DNA of 63,820 bases, counting the filler, from Octopus bimaculoides (lineage: Eukaryota): NCBI RefSeq assembly GCF_001194135.2. It is 7 parts of 7 records of this genome, joined end to end, with 100 filler letters (N's around TTAATTAATTAA, not from the genome) between each part and the next. Parts side by side here need not be neighbours in the genome. Positions count along the whole stretch, not along the records: positions 61,809 to 63,820 come from NW_026378701.1; 6 more parts are not named here. One strand, written 5' to 3'. The translations under genes were made by a program, and so were the position numbers. Shown piece by piece: positions 63,220-63,820 of this stretch (its first letter is position 1; each line of letters opens with the position of its first letter). The notes under the pieces are model-generated. The model ran no database searches, was not told the origin of the DNA, and was given only the letters and a program-made list of their open reading frames with translations.

Positions 63220-63820
63220 GGTAATAGTAGAAGATAAGGATTATTACATCTGTATGAGGAGATTTGCAATAAGAAATGAGATCGATGCGGAGAAGAAAAA
63301 ACAAAGAAGAGAAAGTACTTGGAGTATAGTTCCATTCCAAAAGTTAAAATCTATGTATAGAATCCGTGTGGATTCTATAACTATAATTATCAATGGNNNN
63401 NNNNNNATCTATGTATAGAATCCGTGTGGATTCTATAACTATAATTATCAATGGAAAATACCCACACGGAATTTCTGGAACCACCGTTGACACTGGCTTA
63501 CGCTTATTGTCTGATCCCCATTTACTGCATTAATATTCCTTGCACTTTCCGTTGCGTTGTTGCATTTATTGAACTCATAAAGCAAAATATACCGAATATG
63601 CTCCTCTGTTATAGCTTTGAAAAAATATCTCTTTTATAGCTTTGAAAAAATATCTGCTAAAATCGAACTGCACTCTTCAAAACTTGCACTAAGAATAAAT
63701 ACAAACTAAAATTACTACCTGCTTTTATAGCAAATTGAATCAGGCAGTTTATCCCCTCCCGCTCCGACTTTTAGTTCATGCAATTGAAAAAAGCGGATTA
63801 TTTATGGGATGAACTTATAT

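Overview
This is AT-rich, microsatellite-dense animal DNA. The tRNA-derived SINE families look like those of a coleoid cephalopod (Octopus-like); that is my recognition, not a database result. Six identical 100-bp spacers (44 N + TTAATTAATTAA + 44 N) split the window into seven separately assembled pieces: 1-8098, 8199-14473, 14574-19404, 19505-45212, 45313-54402, 54503-61708 and 61809-63820. Nothing should be linked across them. Most ORFs in the supplied track are microsatellite or N-gap artefacts. One well-supported protein-coding gene is missed by the ORF track: a 4-exon minus-strand gene (61618 to 58887) encoding a 183-aa secreted, six-cysteine, DUF4773-like protein. Weaker exon candidates occur in other pieces. 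The rest is mobile-element debris: SINEs, an RTE 3' end, R4/Dong-type copies sitting in (TAA)n tracts, Penelope/Naiad RT and GIY-YIG remnants, minimal hammerhead ribozyme motifs, mariner/maT fossils, MITEs and Helitron remnants. The best candidate for an undescribed system is a ~595-bp Penelope-derived element with a 13-bp target-site duplication. It combines an inverted end, a GIY-YIG remnant, a tRNA-like Pol III promoter and a hammerhead remnant. There is no rRNA, authentic tRNA gene or CRISPR array.
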